Shown: positions 1 to 10,614, counted from the stretch's first letter. The stretch: 64,000 nt of DNA from Candidatus Saccharibacteria bacterium RIFCSPHIGHO2_12_FULL_41_12 (GCA_001790445.1 MGCQ01000009.1:150500-214499); one strand, 5' to 3'. Numbers and translations: made by a program. The notes: generated by a model from the sequence alone, not told the origin.

Positions 1-2204
1 GAGACAGAACTCAGAGCCATGGCTAGACCGGCGAGTTCTGGTTTTAAAATGAGCCCAAAACCGGCAAACATGCGGGTGGCGATTGGTATGCCGACCACGT
101 TATAAAACAGAGCAAAAAATAGATTTTGCTTGATCTTGCTGACTGTTTCGCGTGATAGCTGGATGGCGGTGATAACGTCTGTCAGATCATTTCTCATTAG
201 TACGATACCGCCCGTTTCCATGGCAATATCCGTGCCTGCGCCCATAGCTATTCCCAGATCTGCCTGAGCCAAAGCTGGCGCATCGTTTATGCCGTCACCA
301 ACCATTGCTACGTTGTGCCCACTACTCTGCAACTCTTTTACCTTGGCTGCTTTGTCTCCTGGCAGAACTTCCGCTAAAACATTTTTTATGCCTAGTTCAC
401 TTGCAATAGCCTCGGCCGTCCGTCTGTTATCCCCTGTAATCATGTAAACTTTGAGACCCATTTTGCTAAGCACCGCCACGACGTTTTTAGAGGTTGGCTT
501 GATAGTATCAGCAACCGCAATTATTCCTACTACACCCTCATCGGTAGCAAGTATCATAGCTGTTTTGGCTTGGTTTTCAAGAGATTCCAGCTTGTTATTT
601 ATCTCTGATAGAACTTTTTGGTTTAGTTTTTCTGAGATCAAAAACCTATTTCCGAAAAAATACGGCACATTTTTAATAGACCCTTCAATCCCTTTGCCCG
701 AAACAGATTGGAAGTCATCAACTTTGGATTTTGAGAGCTTCAATTCATCTGCTTTTTGAATGATGGCTCTGGCTAGAGGGTGTTCGCTGTCTCTCTCCAG
801 CGACGCGGCAAGCTGTAGTACAGTATTCTCATCGTAACCATTCACGCCGATAATGTCTGTTACCGTGGGTTTTCCGTGCGTTAGTGTGCCTGTTTTGTCA
901 AAAATAATTGTATCAATTCGACGAGTTGCCTCAAGAGGTTCACCGCCCTTAACCAAGATACCAGATTCTGCTCCTTTGCCAGTACCCACCATAATTGCCG
1001 TAGGGGTAGCCAGTCCCAGTGCACAGGGGCAGGCGATAACCAGTACGGCGGTAAAGGCCATGAGAGCAAAAACAAAGCTACTACCAAAGACAAAAAACCA
1101 AGCCAAAAAGGTCAATATGGCAATTATAATTACAGCTGGCACAAACCAGTTTGAAATTCTGTCAGCAAACGCTTGGATAGGGGCCTTTGAGCTTTGAGCT
1201 TCATCAACCATCTTTATAATTTGTGCCAGCATAGTTTCTTTACCGACACGCGTAACTTTGAACTCAAAACTCCCAGTTTGGTTAATTGTTGCCCCAATAA
1301 CAGTGTCACCAATCTGTTTTGTCACGGGCATACTTTCGCCGGTTACCATTGACTCATCAACGCTAGAGTTGCCTTTTGTTATTTGACCGTCCAATGGGAC
1401 AGATTCTCCTGGGCGGACAAGCAGAATATCGCCGTGTTTTATCTGGTCGATCGGTTTTTCAATAATCTCACTGCCAACAACCAAATGTGCGGATTTGACC
1501 TGCAAACTCATCAGTTTATGGATGGCTTCGTTTGATTTACCTTTTGCTCTAGCTTCCAGCCACTTGCCAAGTAGTACAAAAGTTATCAAAAAGGCGGCAG
1601 TTTCAAAGTAAAGTTCAGGAATTTTCTCACCATTTACGCCAATTAGGCTACTATTTTGTACGGCGTATTTTATGTAAAAGGCTACACTGTAAAAATATGC
1701 GGCAGAGGTGCCGATTGCTACCAAACTGTCCATGTTGAAATTTTTCATCTTTAGTCCAGACCACATGCCTTTGTAAAAACTTGCCCCCAAATAAAACTGG
1801 ACTACAGTGCCCAGTAGCAGGGAAGTTATTCCTGCGCGGGGCATCAAAAACTCTGCCCCTGGTAACCAAGCTAGAAAGTCTATTGCCATAAAATATAGTA
1901 GTGGCAAGCTCAAGATTAAGCCGAGCAAGAATTTACGTTTGTACTGCTTGCCTGATCCACCATGATGCGCGTGACCTGATGGGTCGTTTTCGTCTACTGC
2001 ACTGGCAGAATACCCAGCTTTTTTCACCGCTGCGATCAAATGCTCTGGCGAGGCCTGGTTTTGGTCATGGACGATGCTTGCTTTCTCGCTGGCATAACTA
2101 ACCGAAGCTTGCTCTACGCCAGAAACCTTTATAAGTTCTTTTTGGATCAAGTTGGCGCAGGAGCTGCAGTGCATGCCGTGGATTGCTAATTTTGTTGTTG
2201 TCAT
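1..2204 (-). CDS. copA: Copper/heavy-metal translocating P1B-type ATPase (C-terminus cut by window edge)
   Basis: Absent from the ORF track because it runs off the edge. Reading the minus strand from ATG at 2204 gives [24 protein letters not shown] (HMA MxCxxC), [15 protein letters not shown] (CPC), [10 protein letters not shown] (phosphorylation site) and [14 protein letters not shown] (hinge) with no stop down to base 3. The short ORFs listed at 451-2101 are antisense or out-of-frame shadows. Confidence 0.9.
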   Translation of the reverse strand, partial: MTTTKLAIHGMHCSSCANLIQKELIKVSGVEQASVSYASEKASIVHDQNQASPEHLIAAVKKAGYSASAVDENDPSGHAHHGGSGKQYKRKFLLGLILSLPLLYFMAIDFLAWLPGAEFLMPRAGITSLLLGTVVQFYLGASFYKGMWSGLKMKNFNMDSLVAIGTSAAYFYSVAFYIKYAVQNSSLIGVNGEKIPELYFETAAFLITFVLLGKWLEARAKGKSNEAIHKLMSLQVKSAHLVVGSEIIEKPIDQIKHGDILLVRPGESVPLDGQITKGNSSVDESMVTGESMPVTKQIGDTVIGATINQTGSFEFKVTRVGKETMLAQIIKMVDEAQSSKAPIQAFADRISNWFVPAVIIIAILTFLAWFFVFGSSFVFALMAFTAVLVIACPCALGLATPTAIMVGTGKGAESGILVKGGEPLEATRRIDTIIFDKTGTLTHGKPTVTDIIGVNGYDENTVLQLAASLERDSEHPLARAIIQKADELKLSKSKVDDFQSVSGKGIEGSIKNVPYFFGNRFLISEKLNQKVLSEINNKLESLENQAKTAMILATDEGVVGIIAVADTIKPTSKNVVAVLSKMGLKVYMITGDNRRTAEAIASELGIKNVLAEVLPGDKAAKVKELQSSGHNVAMVGDGINDAPALAQADLGIAMGAGTDIAMETGGIVLMRNDLTDVITAIQLSRETVSKIKQNLFFALFYNVVGIPIATRMFAGFGLILKPELAGLAMALSSV

Positions 2205-2222
2205 GTTTTTTCTCCTACCTAC

Positions 2223-3605
2223 TTAAATAGCGGTGATAGTTCCTCTGCGGATTCCCATAGCGCAGGTTATCGTATACTTTCCAGGCTGATTGATGGTAAA
2301 CGGCAATTGGATCTTACCTTTTTTGATCAATAGGGGAGTTTTGTAAATACCGGGTATCATGATTGTACTCATACAGCCTTGTCCGTCTTCCTTGGCATCT
2401 ACTTCTAAAATATACGGTTTGCCGGCCTGAACATTGAAAGTACTGGGGACTATGTCTCCCGCTAATGTAAATGTTGTTTTTAAAATTTCTCCATTATTTG
2501 ATTGCGTCACTGGAGCAGTTTTTGCTGGTTTTTTACTAGGATCTAGGGTTATATTTTTAACAATATTGTTGATAGAAGGGTTGTATCCCATTAAACGAAG
2601 TGCGTTGTTAATATTATAAAAGGCTAGCAAGACAACCGCCACACCCGCAAACCTAAAGAAAGATTTTGCAAATGAACCTTTGACAACAGATGTTAAACCG
2701 CCTATTCCCAGTAGTCCGGGTGCTGTACCGATTGCAAATAGTCCCATAACCAAAGAACCCGTGACAAAACTACCGCTACTTATAGCTACGAGTTGCATAG
2801 CTTGAGTAAAGCCACAGGGTAAGAAAAAAGATAAGCCCCCAAGCAGCATGGCATTTTTGTGACTGTACTCTCTGCTCCCATGCTTTTTAAGTCCAATTGC
2901 CCTAGCTATGCCTGCCGGCAAGGTAATGCCTTTGTTGCTTAGTTTTGGGAACAGCTCTGTTAATTGCAAGCCCAAAATAATCATCACTATGCCAACAAAA
3001 ACCGTCATCACTCCCATAGTTGAACCGTTTAAACTAAATATGGAGCCAAACAAGCCGATAATTCCACCAAGGACAAAGAAAGCGGTAATGCGTCCTAAAT
3101 TGAAGAACAAGTGCGGTCTAAATTTTTGGATCGAGGTAGCGGTAGGGTGCTTTTCTGCAAAACGGGCAGACAGCCCAAGCACCAAGCCACCAATCAAAGC
3201 CATACAAGTAGAAAAACCAGCAATTACGCCAATTGCAAGCGCCATTACTCCGCTGTTGCCACTCAAATTGTTCAGTCTTAAATTGGTTACACCTATGCCT
3301 TGGAGTAGCATAAGAATAATCACAAGTGCTATGAGGTTAAATGCAAATTGCTGATAGATAGTTTTATCTCTACTAAAGAATCGTTTTTTCTCAAAACCCA
3401 AGCAATAGCCAAAAGGTTGAATAGCGTTTTCTATTTCTTTGAAGGTTGGTTTTTGTGTATATTCAATTGTTGCAGTATTGTTTTTTAGACTTACTTTGAC
3501 CCGCGATACACCTGGAAGTTTATGAAGTTCACCGGAGATGATGACAGTGCAGGCTTTGCAGTGCATGCCTTTAATCGGGATAGAAAGTTCTTGCATATTT
3601 ACCAC
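2223..3605 (-). CDS. Fusion protein: N-terminal HMA metal-binding domain + DsbD_2/TauE-like polytopic permease + C-terminal cupredoxin-like domain
   Basis: 460-aa ORF. IPIKGMHCKACTVII is an HMA domain. The central region is multi-TM with FFLPCGFTQAMQL. The C-terminal beta-rich domain has Cys/Met residues (QGCMSTIM, YTITCAMGIRRG). It lies between csoR and copA with 0 and 18 nt gaps. Confidence 0.6.
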   Translation of the reverse strand: MVNMQELSIPIKGMHCKACTVIISGELHKLPGVSRVKVSLKNNTATIEYTQKPTFKEIENAIQPFGYCLGFEKKRFFSRDKTIYQQFAFNLIALVIILMLLQGIGVTNLRLNNLSGNSGVMALAIGVIAGFSTCMALIGGLVLGLSARFAEKHPTATSIQKFRPHLFFNLGRITAFFVLGGIIGLFGSIFSLNGSTMGVMTVFVGIVMIILGLQLTELFPKLSNKGITLPAGIARAIGLKKHGSREYSHKNAMLLGGLSFFLPCGFTQAMQLVAISSGSFVTGSLVMGLFAIGTAPGLLGIGGLTSVVKGSFAKSFFRFAGVAVVLLAFYNINNALRLMGYNPSINNIVKNITLDPSKKPAKTAPVTQSNNGEILKTTFTLAGDIVPSTFNVQAGKPYILEVDAKEDGQGCMSTIMIPGIYKTPLLIKKGKIQLPFTINQPGKYTITCAMGIRRGTITAI

Positions 3606-3896
3606 CTATTTATTAAGTAATTTTGTTACAGTTAATATTTCTTCTATCATTTTGGCTTTTTTGCTGCTGTCACCAGATCTCATTGCATTTTCAAAGCAGG
3701 CATGCAGATGATCTTCCATTAGCATTTGGTGTGCGGATTTAAGCAAACCAATTACTGCTAAGTTCTGCTGCATAACGTCGACACAGTAGGTGTCTTCGTC
3801 TAGCATTTTTTGTATACGCGCTATATGGCTCTGGGCCTTTTTAAAATTGGTAGTGGTTTTATTTCTATTGGCGTGGGTTTTGTGGGCTTTAGTCAT
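3606..3896 (-). CDS. csoR: CsoR/RcnR-family metal-sensing transcriptional repressor
   Basis: 96-aa ORF. DTYCVDVMQQNLAVIGLLKSAHQMLMEDHLHACF carries the Cys...His...Cys ligand pattern of CsoR (DUF156). It is the first gene of the copper operon. Confidence 0.8.
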   Translation of the reverse strand: MTKAHKTHANRNKTTTNFKKAQSHIARIQKMLDEDTYCVDVMQQNLAVIGLLKSAHQMLMEDHLHACFENAMRSGDSSKKAKMIEEILTVTKLLNK

Positions 3897-3918
3897 AATA
3901 AGTCTCCTCTATCTATCT

Positions 3919-3947
3919 AATATACCCCCTCCCTAGGTATAGGTCAA
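3919..3947 (-). promoter_or_regulatory. sigma70-type promoter with embedded CsoR-type operator
   Basis: The minus strand reads TTGACC (3947-3942), a 17-nt spacer, then TATATT (3924-3919). The segment 3941-3921, comprising the spacer plus the first 4 nt of the -10 box, is the pseudo-palindrome TATACCTAGGGAGGGGGTATA, a G/C tract flanked by TATAC/GTATA. SD GAGGAG follows before ATG 3896. Confidence 0.55.
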
Positions 3948-4001
3948 CACTATTTTCATTTTTGTGTAGTGGAAGTGTTCAATGATAGACTAGAGGGACT
4001 C

Positions 4002-5387
4002 TTAGCTTCTGATGAACGAATAAAATAGTATCAAAACAGCGACTAACATCACTACGAAAGTTAAGCGCACAAACGTATTTGATAAAATGCCATTTTTGTA
4101 ATCGCCCATTATATCTTTGTTATTGCCTATTTTGGCGATCATAAACAGCAGGGGAACGGCTGCTATACCGTTAAATACCGCTGTATAAACCAGCGCTTTG
4201 ATAGGATCTATACCTAGCAAGTTAATTGCCAGTCCAGTCAGCGTAGCAACAATAATTACTGCGTAAAAACCGACTGCTCTTTTGAATTTACGGTGCAAGC
4301 CTTCTTTCCATCCCAACGTTTCGGTGATTGCGTATGATGATGAGCCTGCTAAAACGGGAACAGCAAGTAGCCCAAGCCCGATGATTCCAGTTGAAAAAAT
4401 TAGTTTGGCAACCAGCCCAGCGTTTGGAAAATTAGTTACCAGCGGTTCGATTGCTTTGGCTGCATCTGAGGCAGTGTTAATTGAAGTAATCCCGTTTTTA
4501 AAAAGTACTGAGGCACAGACTATCACGATAAACCATGCGCCGAGACTGGCCATAGTCATGCCAACTACGTTATCAACCCTGATACTTCTAATAAATCTTT
4601 TGCTAACTTTTGGTAGGTCAGATTTTGCTGTTAATCTGCGACTACTTATTTCGCTTTCCACAGTTTCCGAGGTATCCCAAAAGAAAAGATATGGCGAAAT
4701 AGTAGTACCCAACATGCCGACAATAATGAATATAGTCGTCGAATCCAGATGTACATTAATCGCAAAAGTAGCCCGAATCAATTCGCCCCAATCTTGAACT
4801 ACCAAAAAAGCAGTAATTGGATAGGCAAGAAGTGCTAGGGCCAACCATTTGAGAATTTTGGCGTAAGTTTTATATTTTACAAATATTTCTAGAAGTATCA
4901 CAAAAATTGCATAAAAAAGAGCCAGCAAAACAAACGGCGCATCGACTAGTAGCTGCGTTGTCGCTGCCATTGCCCCAAGATCAGCGCCAATGTTAATCGT
5001 GTTGGCGATGACAACCAATGCTACCGACATAGCCAGAAGCTTTTTACTGTAGTTATCCTTAATTACCGCGGCTAAACCCTTACCCGTTATTGCACCAATA
5101 CGAACGCATGATTCCTGAACTGCCATCAGCAGTGGGTACATAAAAGGAAAAAGCCACAGCAAACCTGTTCCGTAAGCGGCTCCAGCTTGCGAATAAGTCG
5201 CAATGCCCGATGGATCATCATCTGCAGCGCCAGTGACAACCCCGGGCCCCAATATTCGCACAAAACGACTATATCGTTTGTGATTAGTCATACTTTTGCC
5301 GATGTTATAAGCTTGTTTTTCGGACTTATTAATCTTTCGCTTGAATTTGCGTTCGGTTCTAGTGTATCTACTGAGAGGTTTCGTCAT
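4002..5387 (-). CDS. Nramp-family divalent metal cation transporter
   Basis: 461-aa polytopic ORF. GPGVVTGAADDDPSGIATYSQAGAAYGTGLLW matches the conserved first-helix region of the Nramp family. The true start may be the internal MTNHKRY. Confidence 0.75.
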   Translation of the reverse strand: MTKPLSRYTRTERKFKRKINKSEKQAYNIGKSMTNHKRYSRFVRILGPGVVTGAADDDPSGIATYSQAGAAYGTGLLWLFPFMYPLLMAVQESCVRIGAITGKGLAAVIKDNYSKKLLAMSVALVVIANTINIGADLGAMAATTQLLVDAPFVLLALFYAIFVILLEIFVKYKTYAKILKWLALALLAYPITAFLVVQDWGELIRATFAINVHLDSTTIFIIVGMLGTTISPYLFFWDTSETVESEISSRRLTAKSDLPKVSKRFIRSIRVDNVVGMTMASLGAWFIVIVCASVLFKNGITSINTASDAAKAIEPLVTNFPNAGLVAKLIFSTGIIGLGLLAVPVLAGSSSYAITETLGWKEGLHRKFKRAVGFYAVIIVATLTGLAINLLGIDPIKALVYTAVFNGIAAVPLLFMIAKIGNNKDIMGDYKNGILSNTFVRLTFVVMLVAVLILFYSFIRS

Positions 5388-5507
5388 ACCAAATCTGCTT
5401 ATGCTTTCTACAAGTAATCATACTACATTCGGGGATTCAGAAAGTGCATATTTCTTAAGATTGTTAATACTTGCTAACGATTTGAATAGAAAGTCACATA
5501 ATGTAGA

Positions 5508-7460
5508 TTATTTTGTTGGGTTTTGAGTCATAGTCATGTCCAGGATTGTGTTTATCAGCTCTGCATGGCTCCAGACTAAAGGCGCGACAGAAGTTGGTGC
5601 TGAATTTTCGGGATTGATCTGTTCTGGGAGTACGCCACTTGCTAGAGATTGAGCCATAGCCCAGTCGATGAGTTCTCTCGCCTTATCAAAATTGTTACAC
5701 CGTATATAGTACTGAGCAAGCCAAAGGGTTGTAACTAGCCATGGATTGCCCGAATATGCTGGCTCAGACCGAAAATACATGTCGTTCATGTAGCGTGGAC
5801 TGCCACCAGATGGGGAAGAATTGAGTAGTTGCTTTTCGATGACACTGGCGCTTTGCTGTACAAACGTATCAGTTGTGTCGTCGTAGAGTCCAAACATCAT
5901 TGCCCCGTACATACTGGAAACGTCAAGAGTGTCGTCGAATTTCAAAGACCCATTTTTATCAAGCAAAAACCCCTTACGTAGCGTTCCTGTACCAAGGTCA
6001 AAAAATATTTTGGCACTAATTTGTATAGTTTTGGCAACTTCCTGCCATTTATGGCTATCATCCCTGCAATCAAACATCTCTGCTAGTTGCACCCCAACCA
6101 ATAAAGCTTGATGTACTACTGCTGTGGAATAAGTCGTTGTTAGAAATTTTTCTTCCCATATGTCGTAACTTGCGTGGGGCAAACCTGTCTGTGCATCAAT
6201 AAAACTACTCAAGAAATCAACTGCCGGCTTCACAAACTTAGGGTATAATTTTTTAACAAATTCCTCGTCTTTGGTGTATTTGAGATATTCTGCAATCATG
6301 CAGATTACAATGGCTGTTTCGTCTTCTTGTATGGGGATCTCTTTGTGGTCGCTATGAAGCATAGGGTGCCAGGTACTGCCAATGGTGCGATCAGCCTGAT
6401 ATTTATGCAACATATAACCGTTTGGTGAAATAATTTCGCTACAGAACTCAAAAAATCTTTTTGGTTCTTCCTGATATCCAAGACGAATAAGCGGCCAAAT
6501 TGCGTAACAACCATCTCTTGGCCAAACATAACTGTAGTAGTCTCGACCATAGTTAAAGATAGAAGAATCGCCAGATGCAATAATCCCGCCGCGCTTGTCA
6601 GCATGTGCTTTGATTACGAGCAACGATTTTTTTGTAAGTGTTTGATACTTTTTGTCGATAGTGTTTAACTGATCAGCAGAGATAGATAGCCATTTGTGCC
6701 AATGTCGCCTGGTTTTTTCTAGTCGATTTTCTAGGCCATCATGTAGCAGTGAGACATGAATTTTCTCGGCAGAAAACTGCGAATCTGAAGCAACAATCCA
6801 ATACTCTATGGTTGATGTTTGGTTTGGTTCCATGTCTTTTTGGAATCGGATAACAGAGTCAACGCCACCATGTTCGATAGCGCTTCCTGATAGTTCACCA
6901 TCCTCAGCGTCTCTAAATGTGCCTTCTTTGCCTTCGACGCCGTAATTTCCTACTGCGAACTGATCAAACAATTTATTGCCATCTTGTTGGCCGTATATTA
7001 ATAATGAACAGTGGCCTTTAAAATCAAGGATATAATTTTCGTCAGGGACAAACAAGGCGGTATCACCTCGTCCACCGTTAGAAATTTGAAATACCTGATG
7101 CATAAATATACGAATATCACGTTTTGTTTCTCCGCAATTTTTGACGGTAATCAGGCGACAAAATGCGTTTTCGCCGTTGTCAACAAAATCGCGAAAGGTC
7201 AGAGAAATTTCCAGCGTTTCATGATGTGCAGCAATGTTACTAACCAGCGCGTCTTCTTCGAAATCTACATGAATGTTCCAGCTTTCTCTGTCAACCCAGG
7301 AGAACGTGCCATCTACCCAAATTCCTATGGAATGGTGCACACTACGTGCGGTTGTCAGGTTTTCAAGCCCAACATAGGGATAATAAAAATCATGAACCAG
7401 GCCTTGCTCGTCCAGGCCAACCATAAGCTTGCCGTTGGATAAAACAACAGGTCTCCCCAT
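5508..7460 (-). CDS. Glycoside hydrolase family 15 (glucoamylase/glucodextranase-type)
   Basis: 650-aa ORF with a beta-sandwich N-domain and an (alpha/alpha)6 region. Motifs GGIIASGDSS and YSYVWPRDGCYAIW are typical of GH15. Confidence 0.8.
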   Translation of the reverse strand: MGRPVVLSNGKLMVGLDEQGLVHDFYYPYVGLENLTTARSVHHSIGIWVDGTFSWVDRESWNIHVDFEEDALVSNIAAHHETLEISLTFRDFVDNGENAFCRLITVKNCGETKRDIRIFMHQVFQISNGGRGDTALFVPDENYILDFKGHCSLLIYGQQDGNKLFDQFAVGNYGVEGKEGTFRDAEDGELSGSAIEHGGVDSVIRFQKDMEPNQTSTIEYWIVASDSQFSAEKIHVSLLHDGLENRLEKTRRHWHKWLSISADQLNTIDKKYQTLTKKSLLVIKAHADKRGGIIASGDSSIFNYGRDYYSYVWPRDGCYAIWPLIRLGYQEEPKRFFEFCSEIISPNGYMLHKYQADRTIGSTWHPMLHSDHKEIPIQEDETAIVICMIAEYLKYTKDEEFVKKLYPKFVKPAVDFLSSFIDAQTGLPHASYDIWEEKFLTTTYSTAVVHQALLVGVQLAEMFDCRDDSHKWQEVAKTIQISAKIFFDLGTGTLRKGFLLDKNGSLKFDDTLDVSSMYGAMMFGLYDDTTDTFVQQSASVIEKQLLNSSPSGGSPRYMNDMYFRSEPAYSGNPWLVTTLWLAQYYIRCNNFDKARELIDWAMAQSLASGVLPEQINPENSAPTSVAPLVWSHAELINTILDMTMTQNPTK

Positions 7461-7462
7461 GG

Positions 7463-8668
7463 TTATTCCTCTCTGCTTTTGCTGGCTAATCGATATGATA
7501 AATCGTGGAATACATTCATGTAGGCAATGAAGGCATCATAAGGATTCTCATAAGGGCTAAAGTATGCGTGAATATCACCGTCATTGAACCACTTGGTGCA
7601 CATATAGTAAAAATGGTCAGAAGTTTGCAGGCGTCGCCAATCTTCTATAAGATCCCAGTCATTTGTTTTGATAATATCGCCACCAAGTCCATACAGGGCG
7701 TGAATGGCTTCTTGTTGCATGCCGTTGCCAAGCCACGCGCTAAGATCTCTCTCGGTATCTGCCCAAGTAATTGTCTGCGGGGCGTCTACACGATCAACCG
7801 GCTCAATAGACTCAACAGCGTCGGAAACAGTCATGAATGTGTTGCCTTCAGTTGCTAGCCAATGTTCAGGAAGATGATGAAGAAAATTAAAAATTCCAGA
7901 CTCACCCCATTGATGTTCGCCAAAGGTTTCGTAATCCATAAACAGATTAAAGTTTGTGCCATCAGTCGCATTAATCCAATGGACGAACTTATCCGCCGTG
8001 AGAGGCCATTCGCTCCAATTTTGGTCGCCAAAACGAAAGGCGATATCATCGCTCAATTTATAATTTTTCAAAAGAAGACGGATGTTATCGGTATAAGATG
8101 GTTGATACATAAAGTTTGGACTTCTCCAGCCAAGAACAGGGTCCCAGCCCTCTGCCAGAATTCCTTTGTAGCCGGCTTGGTCGGCCCAATAGGCAAGGTC
8201 GTTGTTGTATGCTAACTCAGTATTGCGAAAAACTGATGGTTCTTGTCCGAAGAGTTCTTTGACCTTATTGCGGTGCATTTCAACTTGCACCTCAAACTCT
8301 TCGCGGTTGTAAAAAAAGGCCAGAGAATGGTGATATGTTTCTCCAACGATCTCTACACGTCCAGTTTCTACTAATTTTTGGAATGATCTCAGTGCTTCAG
8401 GAGACCACTTTTCAAGCTGTTCTAGTACCGTGCCCGTAATTGACAAGCTCAATCTAAAATCAGGGTAGGAATGCAGTAGTTCTAATAGTTTTCGGTTGGT
8501 TGGGATGTATGATTTTTTGGCAACTTTTGTCAGAACGTCTGCATTATTTGTTCTGTCGCCACCAGGAGCATCAAAATATTGATGATCAACTCCAGCATTA
8601 AAAATTGTGTAGGGTTTTACTCGGTATGGCTGGTGAACATGCAAGTATAAAATAATGGCTTTGCTCAT
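7463..8668 (-). CDS. Glycoside hydrolase family 57 (alpha-amylase/alpha-glucan-active)
   Basis: 401-aa ORF with GH57 signature regions LHVHQPYR, GRVEIVGETYHHSL, GILAEGWD and FMDYETFGEHQW. It overlaps the upstream gene by 4 nt. Confidence 0.8.
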   Translation of the reverse strand: MSKAIILYLHVHQPYRVKPYTIFNAGVDHQYFDAPGGDRTNNADVLTKVAKKSYIPTNRKLLELLHSYPDFRLSLSITGTVLEQLEKWSPEALRSFQKLVETGRVEIVGETYHHSLAFFYNREEFEVQVEMHRNKVKELFGQEPSVFRNTELAYNNDLAYWADQAGYKGILAEGWDPVLGWRSPNFMYQPSYTDNIRLLLKNYKLSDDIAFRFGDQNWSEWPLTADKFVHWINATDGTNFNLFMDYETFGEHQWGESGIFNFLHHLPEHWLATEGNTFMTVSDAVESIEPVDRVDAPQTITWADTERDLSAWLGNGMQQEAIHALYGLGGDIIKTNDWDLIEDWRRLQTSDHFYYMCTKWFNDGDIHAYFSPYENPYDAFIAYMNVFHDLSYRLASKSREE

Positions 8669-9870
8669 ATCGGCACCCCATTTGTATATTCACTGTAGCG
8701 CTGAATAAGTTGCTGAGCAGCATTGTTCCAAGATAACTTTTGATATTCTTGGTAAGCATTGCGGTGGAGCTCATCGCGCAGAGCCGGACTTCTAACGACT
8801 GCAACGATATCATTCGCCATACGATCAACATCCCAAAAGTCAACTTTTAGGCAATTTGCAAGCACTTCTGAAACACCGGATTGTCGAGAAATGAGAGAAG
8901 GAGTCCCATAGCCGACTGCTTCCAGGGGCGTTAGTCCAAAAGGTTCAGAGACGGATGGCATGACAAACAAATCAGAGATGGCAAACACGTCTCTCCATTG
9001 TTTGCCTCTCAAAAAACCTGTAAATATGACGTTTTTACTAATTCCTAAACTGGCGGCGGTTTCAATCAATTCATAATATTGTTCGCCAGTGCCAACTATC
9101 AACAGCAATGTTTTTGGCTCGCGGGCGACAACTTCTTTTGTGGCTAGCAGTAGGTTCATTAATCCTTTTTGAATAGTTAGTCGGCCGACATTAACAACGA
9201 CCTTGTAACCATGTTGTTTCATTTTTTCAATGTATTGATAGGCATTCTCCCCATCAAGCGGTTCTAGCATGTTTGGGTCAATACTGTTATGGACAACATC
9301 AATTTTATCCGCAGGAATGTCGTATTCACGCATAATGGCTTTTTTGGTGTGATTGCTGACTGCAATAATGCGATCTGCCATCATCATGGCAATATACTCA
9401 ATTTCATGCACTAATGGATTACCGAGTTGGCCCCCGGCGCGATCATGTTCCAGCGAATGTATATGCAAAATCATTGGTTTGTTGGACTTTGCTTTTGCTC
9501 GAATAGCAGCGCGAAAGGTCAGCCAATCATGTGCATGGATAACATCAAATTCCATACGATCAACCATACAGTCAACAGATTTTTCATAGGCAAGTTGTTG
9601 GCCAAATATATCTACCCATTGCTCGGTGCCATCAGAGTAAATATACTTGTAACTATCATAAGCAATGCCAGATTTGATGATTTCTTCAACGCCTTGTGGG
9701 TGCGCAGGAGTTACAGTCATAAAATCAATATCATGATTTGCATCGTAAGGCAGAATAAACTCAATATCACAGCCACTATTTGCCAGAGATTTGCAGAGTT
9801 GATAGCACGCCACTCCCAGTCCGCCACTGTTGTGAGGAGGCAGTTCCCATCCTAGCATTAATATTTTCAT
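8665..9870 (-). CDS. Glycosyltransferase (GT4/GT5, glycogen-synthase-like)
   Basis: MKILMLGWELPPHNSGGLGVACYQL (GGLG motif) and the C-terminal E-x7-E region PSVSEPFGLTPLEAVGYGTP. I place the start at ATG 9870 rather than the track's 9951, because the 27-aa extension is Lys/Asn-rich junk. Confidence 0.75.
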   Translation of the reverse strand: MKILMLGWELPPHNSGGLGVACYQLCKSLANSGCDIEFILPYDANHDIDFMTVTPAHPQGVEEIIKSGIAYDSYKYIYSDGTEQWVDIFGQQLAYEKSVDCMVDRMEFDVIHAHDWLTFRAAIRAKAKSNKPMILHIHSLEHDRAGGQLGNPLVHEIEYIAMMMADRIIAVSNHTKKAIMREYDIPADKIDVVHNSIDPNMLEPLDGENAYQYIEKMKQHGYKVVVNVGRLTIQKGLMNLLLATKEVVAREPKTLLLIVGTGEQYYELIETAASLGISKNVIFTGFLRGKQWRDVFAISDLFVMPSVSEPFGLTPLEAVGYGTPSLISRQSGVSEVLANCLKVDFWDVDRMANDIVAVVRSPALRDELHRNAYQEYQKLSWNNAAQQLIQRYSEYTNGVPI

Positions 9871-9980
9871 TTTTTTCTTTTTGTTATAGTAATTTTGTTT
9901 AGCATTAGCATTATATATACATAATAACCTATCCACAAGTAATGGAGACAAAAAAGATGTGGATTACTTACAGATGAGTT

Positions 9981-10529
9981 TCAGGCGAGAATTTTTGTAC
10001 TGTTAAGCGTTATAATTTGTGCGTTGTCGATAGGTTCGTGGGTGATACTGTCGCTACTTAAAAAACGTAGTACTCTAATAACCCCGCCGTGGGCTACAAT
10101 TAGCACCTCACCATCTTTGTGTTTTTGGTTGATTGTGGCGATGGCACCTTTAACCCTTCCAATTACTTGATCAAGAGATTCGCCACCATGCGCTTGATAA
10201 TCAAATTTTAACGTACGATGTAATTCTTTGAGCTCTTTCCCGGATGGCATCTGTGCCCACGATTTGCCAGAGAGTGCCCCCAAATCTATTTCACTGAGTC
10301 CTGGCTCTATTGCCACAGGTAAAGACAGCGCTTCCCCAAGGATTTTTGCAGTATGAGCGGCTCGAGTGAGAGGGGACGAATAGACATAGCGGACACTCTT
10401 TGGCACAAACTGAATAGTTTTTTCTGCTTGTTTGATTCCTTCTGGCGCTAGAGGTTCATCAATTGGTCCGTTGAGAATGCCTTTTTTGTTCATCTCTGTG
10501 ATGCCGTGGCGCAGTGCGTAAATGATCAT
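9981..10529 (-). CDS. Histidine phosphatase family protein (phosphoglycerate-mutase-like)
   Basis: MIIYALRHGITEMN carries the RHG catalytic motif. A second His lies in VLIVAHGGVIR. Confidence 0.8.
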   Translation of the reverse strand: MIIYALRHGITEMNKKGILNGPIDEPLAPEGIKQAEKTIQFVPKSVRYVYSSPLTRAAHTAKILGEALSLPVAIEPGLSEIDLGALSGKSWAQMPSGKELKELHRTLKFDYQAHGGESLDQVIGRVKGAIATINQKHKDGEVLIVAHGGVIRVLRFLSSDSITHEPIDNAQIITLNSTKILA

Positions 10530-10535
10530 TCCTCC

Positions 10536-10541
10536 ATTTTA
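10536..10541 (-). promoter_or_regulatory. -10 box TAAAAT, 6 nt before ATG 10529 (leaderless-type)
   Basis: The minus strand reads cgTGtTAAAATggaggaATG. This is an extended -10, and there is no room for an SD at functional spacing. Confidence 0.45.
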
Positions 10542-10614
10542 ACACGATAATTTCAACAAAATTGTCTGCTTATGCTTGCATATTAACGCTTGCGGGTGTA
10601 AAGTTTTTTACATT

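Noticed and set aside
451-2101. Five short ORFs in the track (451-759+, 853-1197+, 881-1093-, 1651-1869-, 1901-2101+).
   Set aside because: All lie inside the uninterrupted minus-strand copA frame (2204 down to the window edge), which has every P1B-ATPase motif. They are shadow ORFs.
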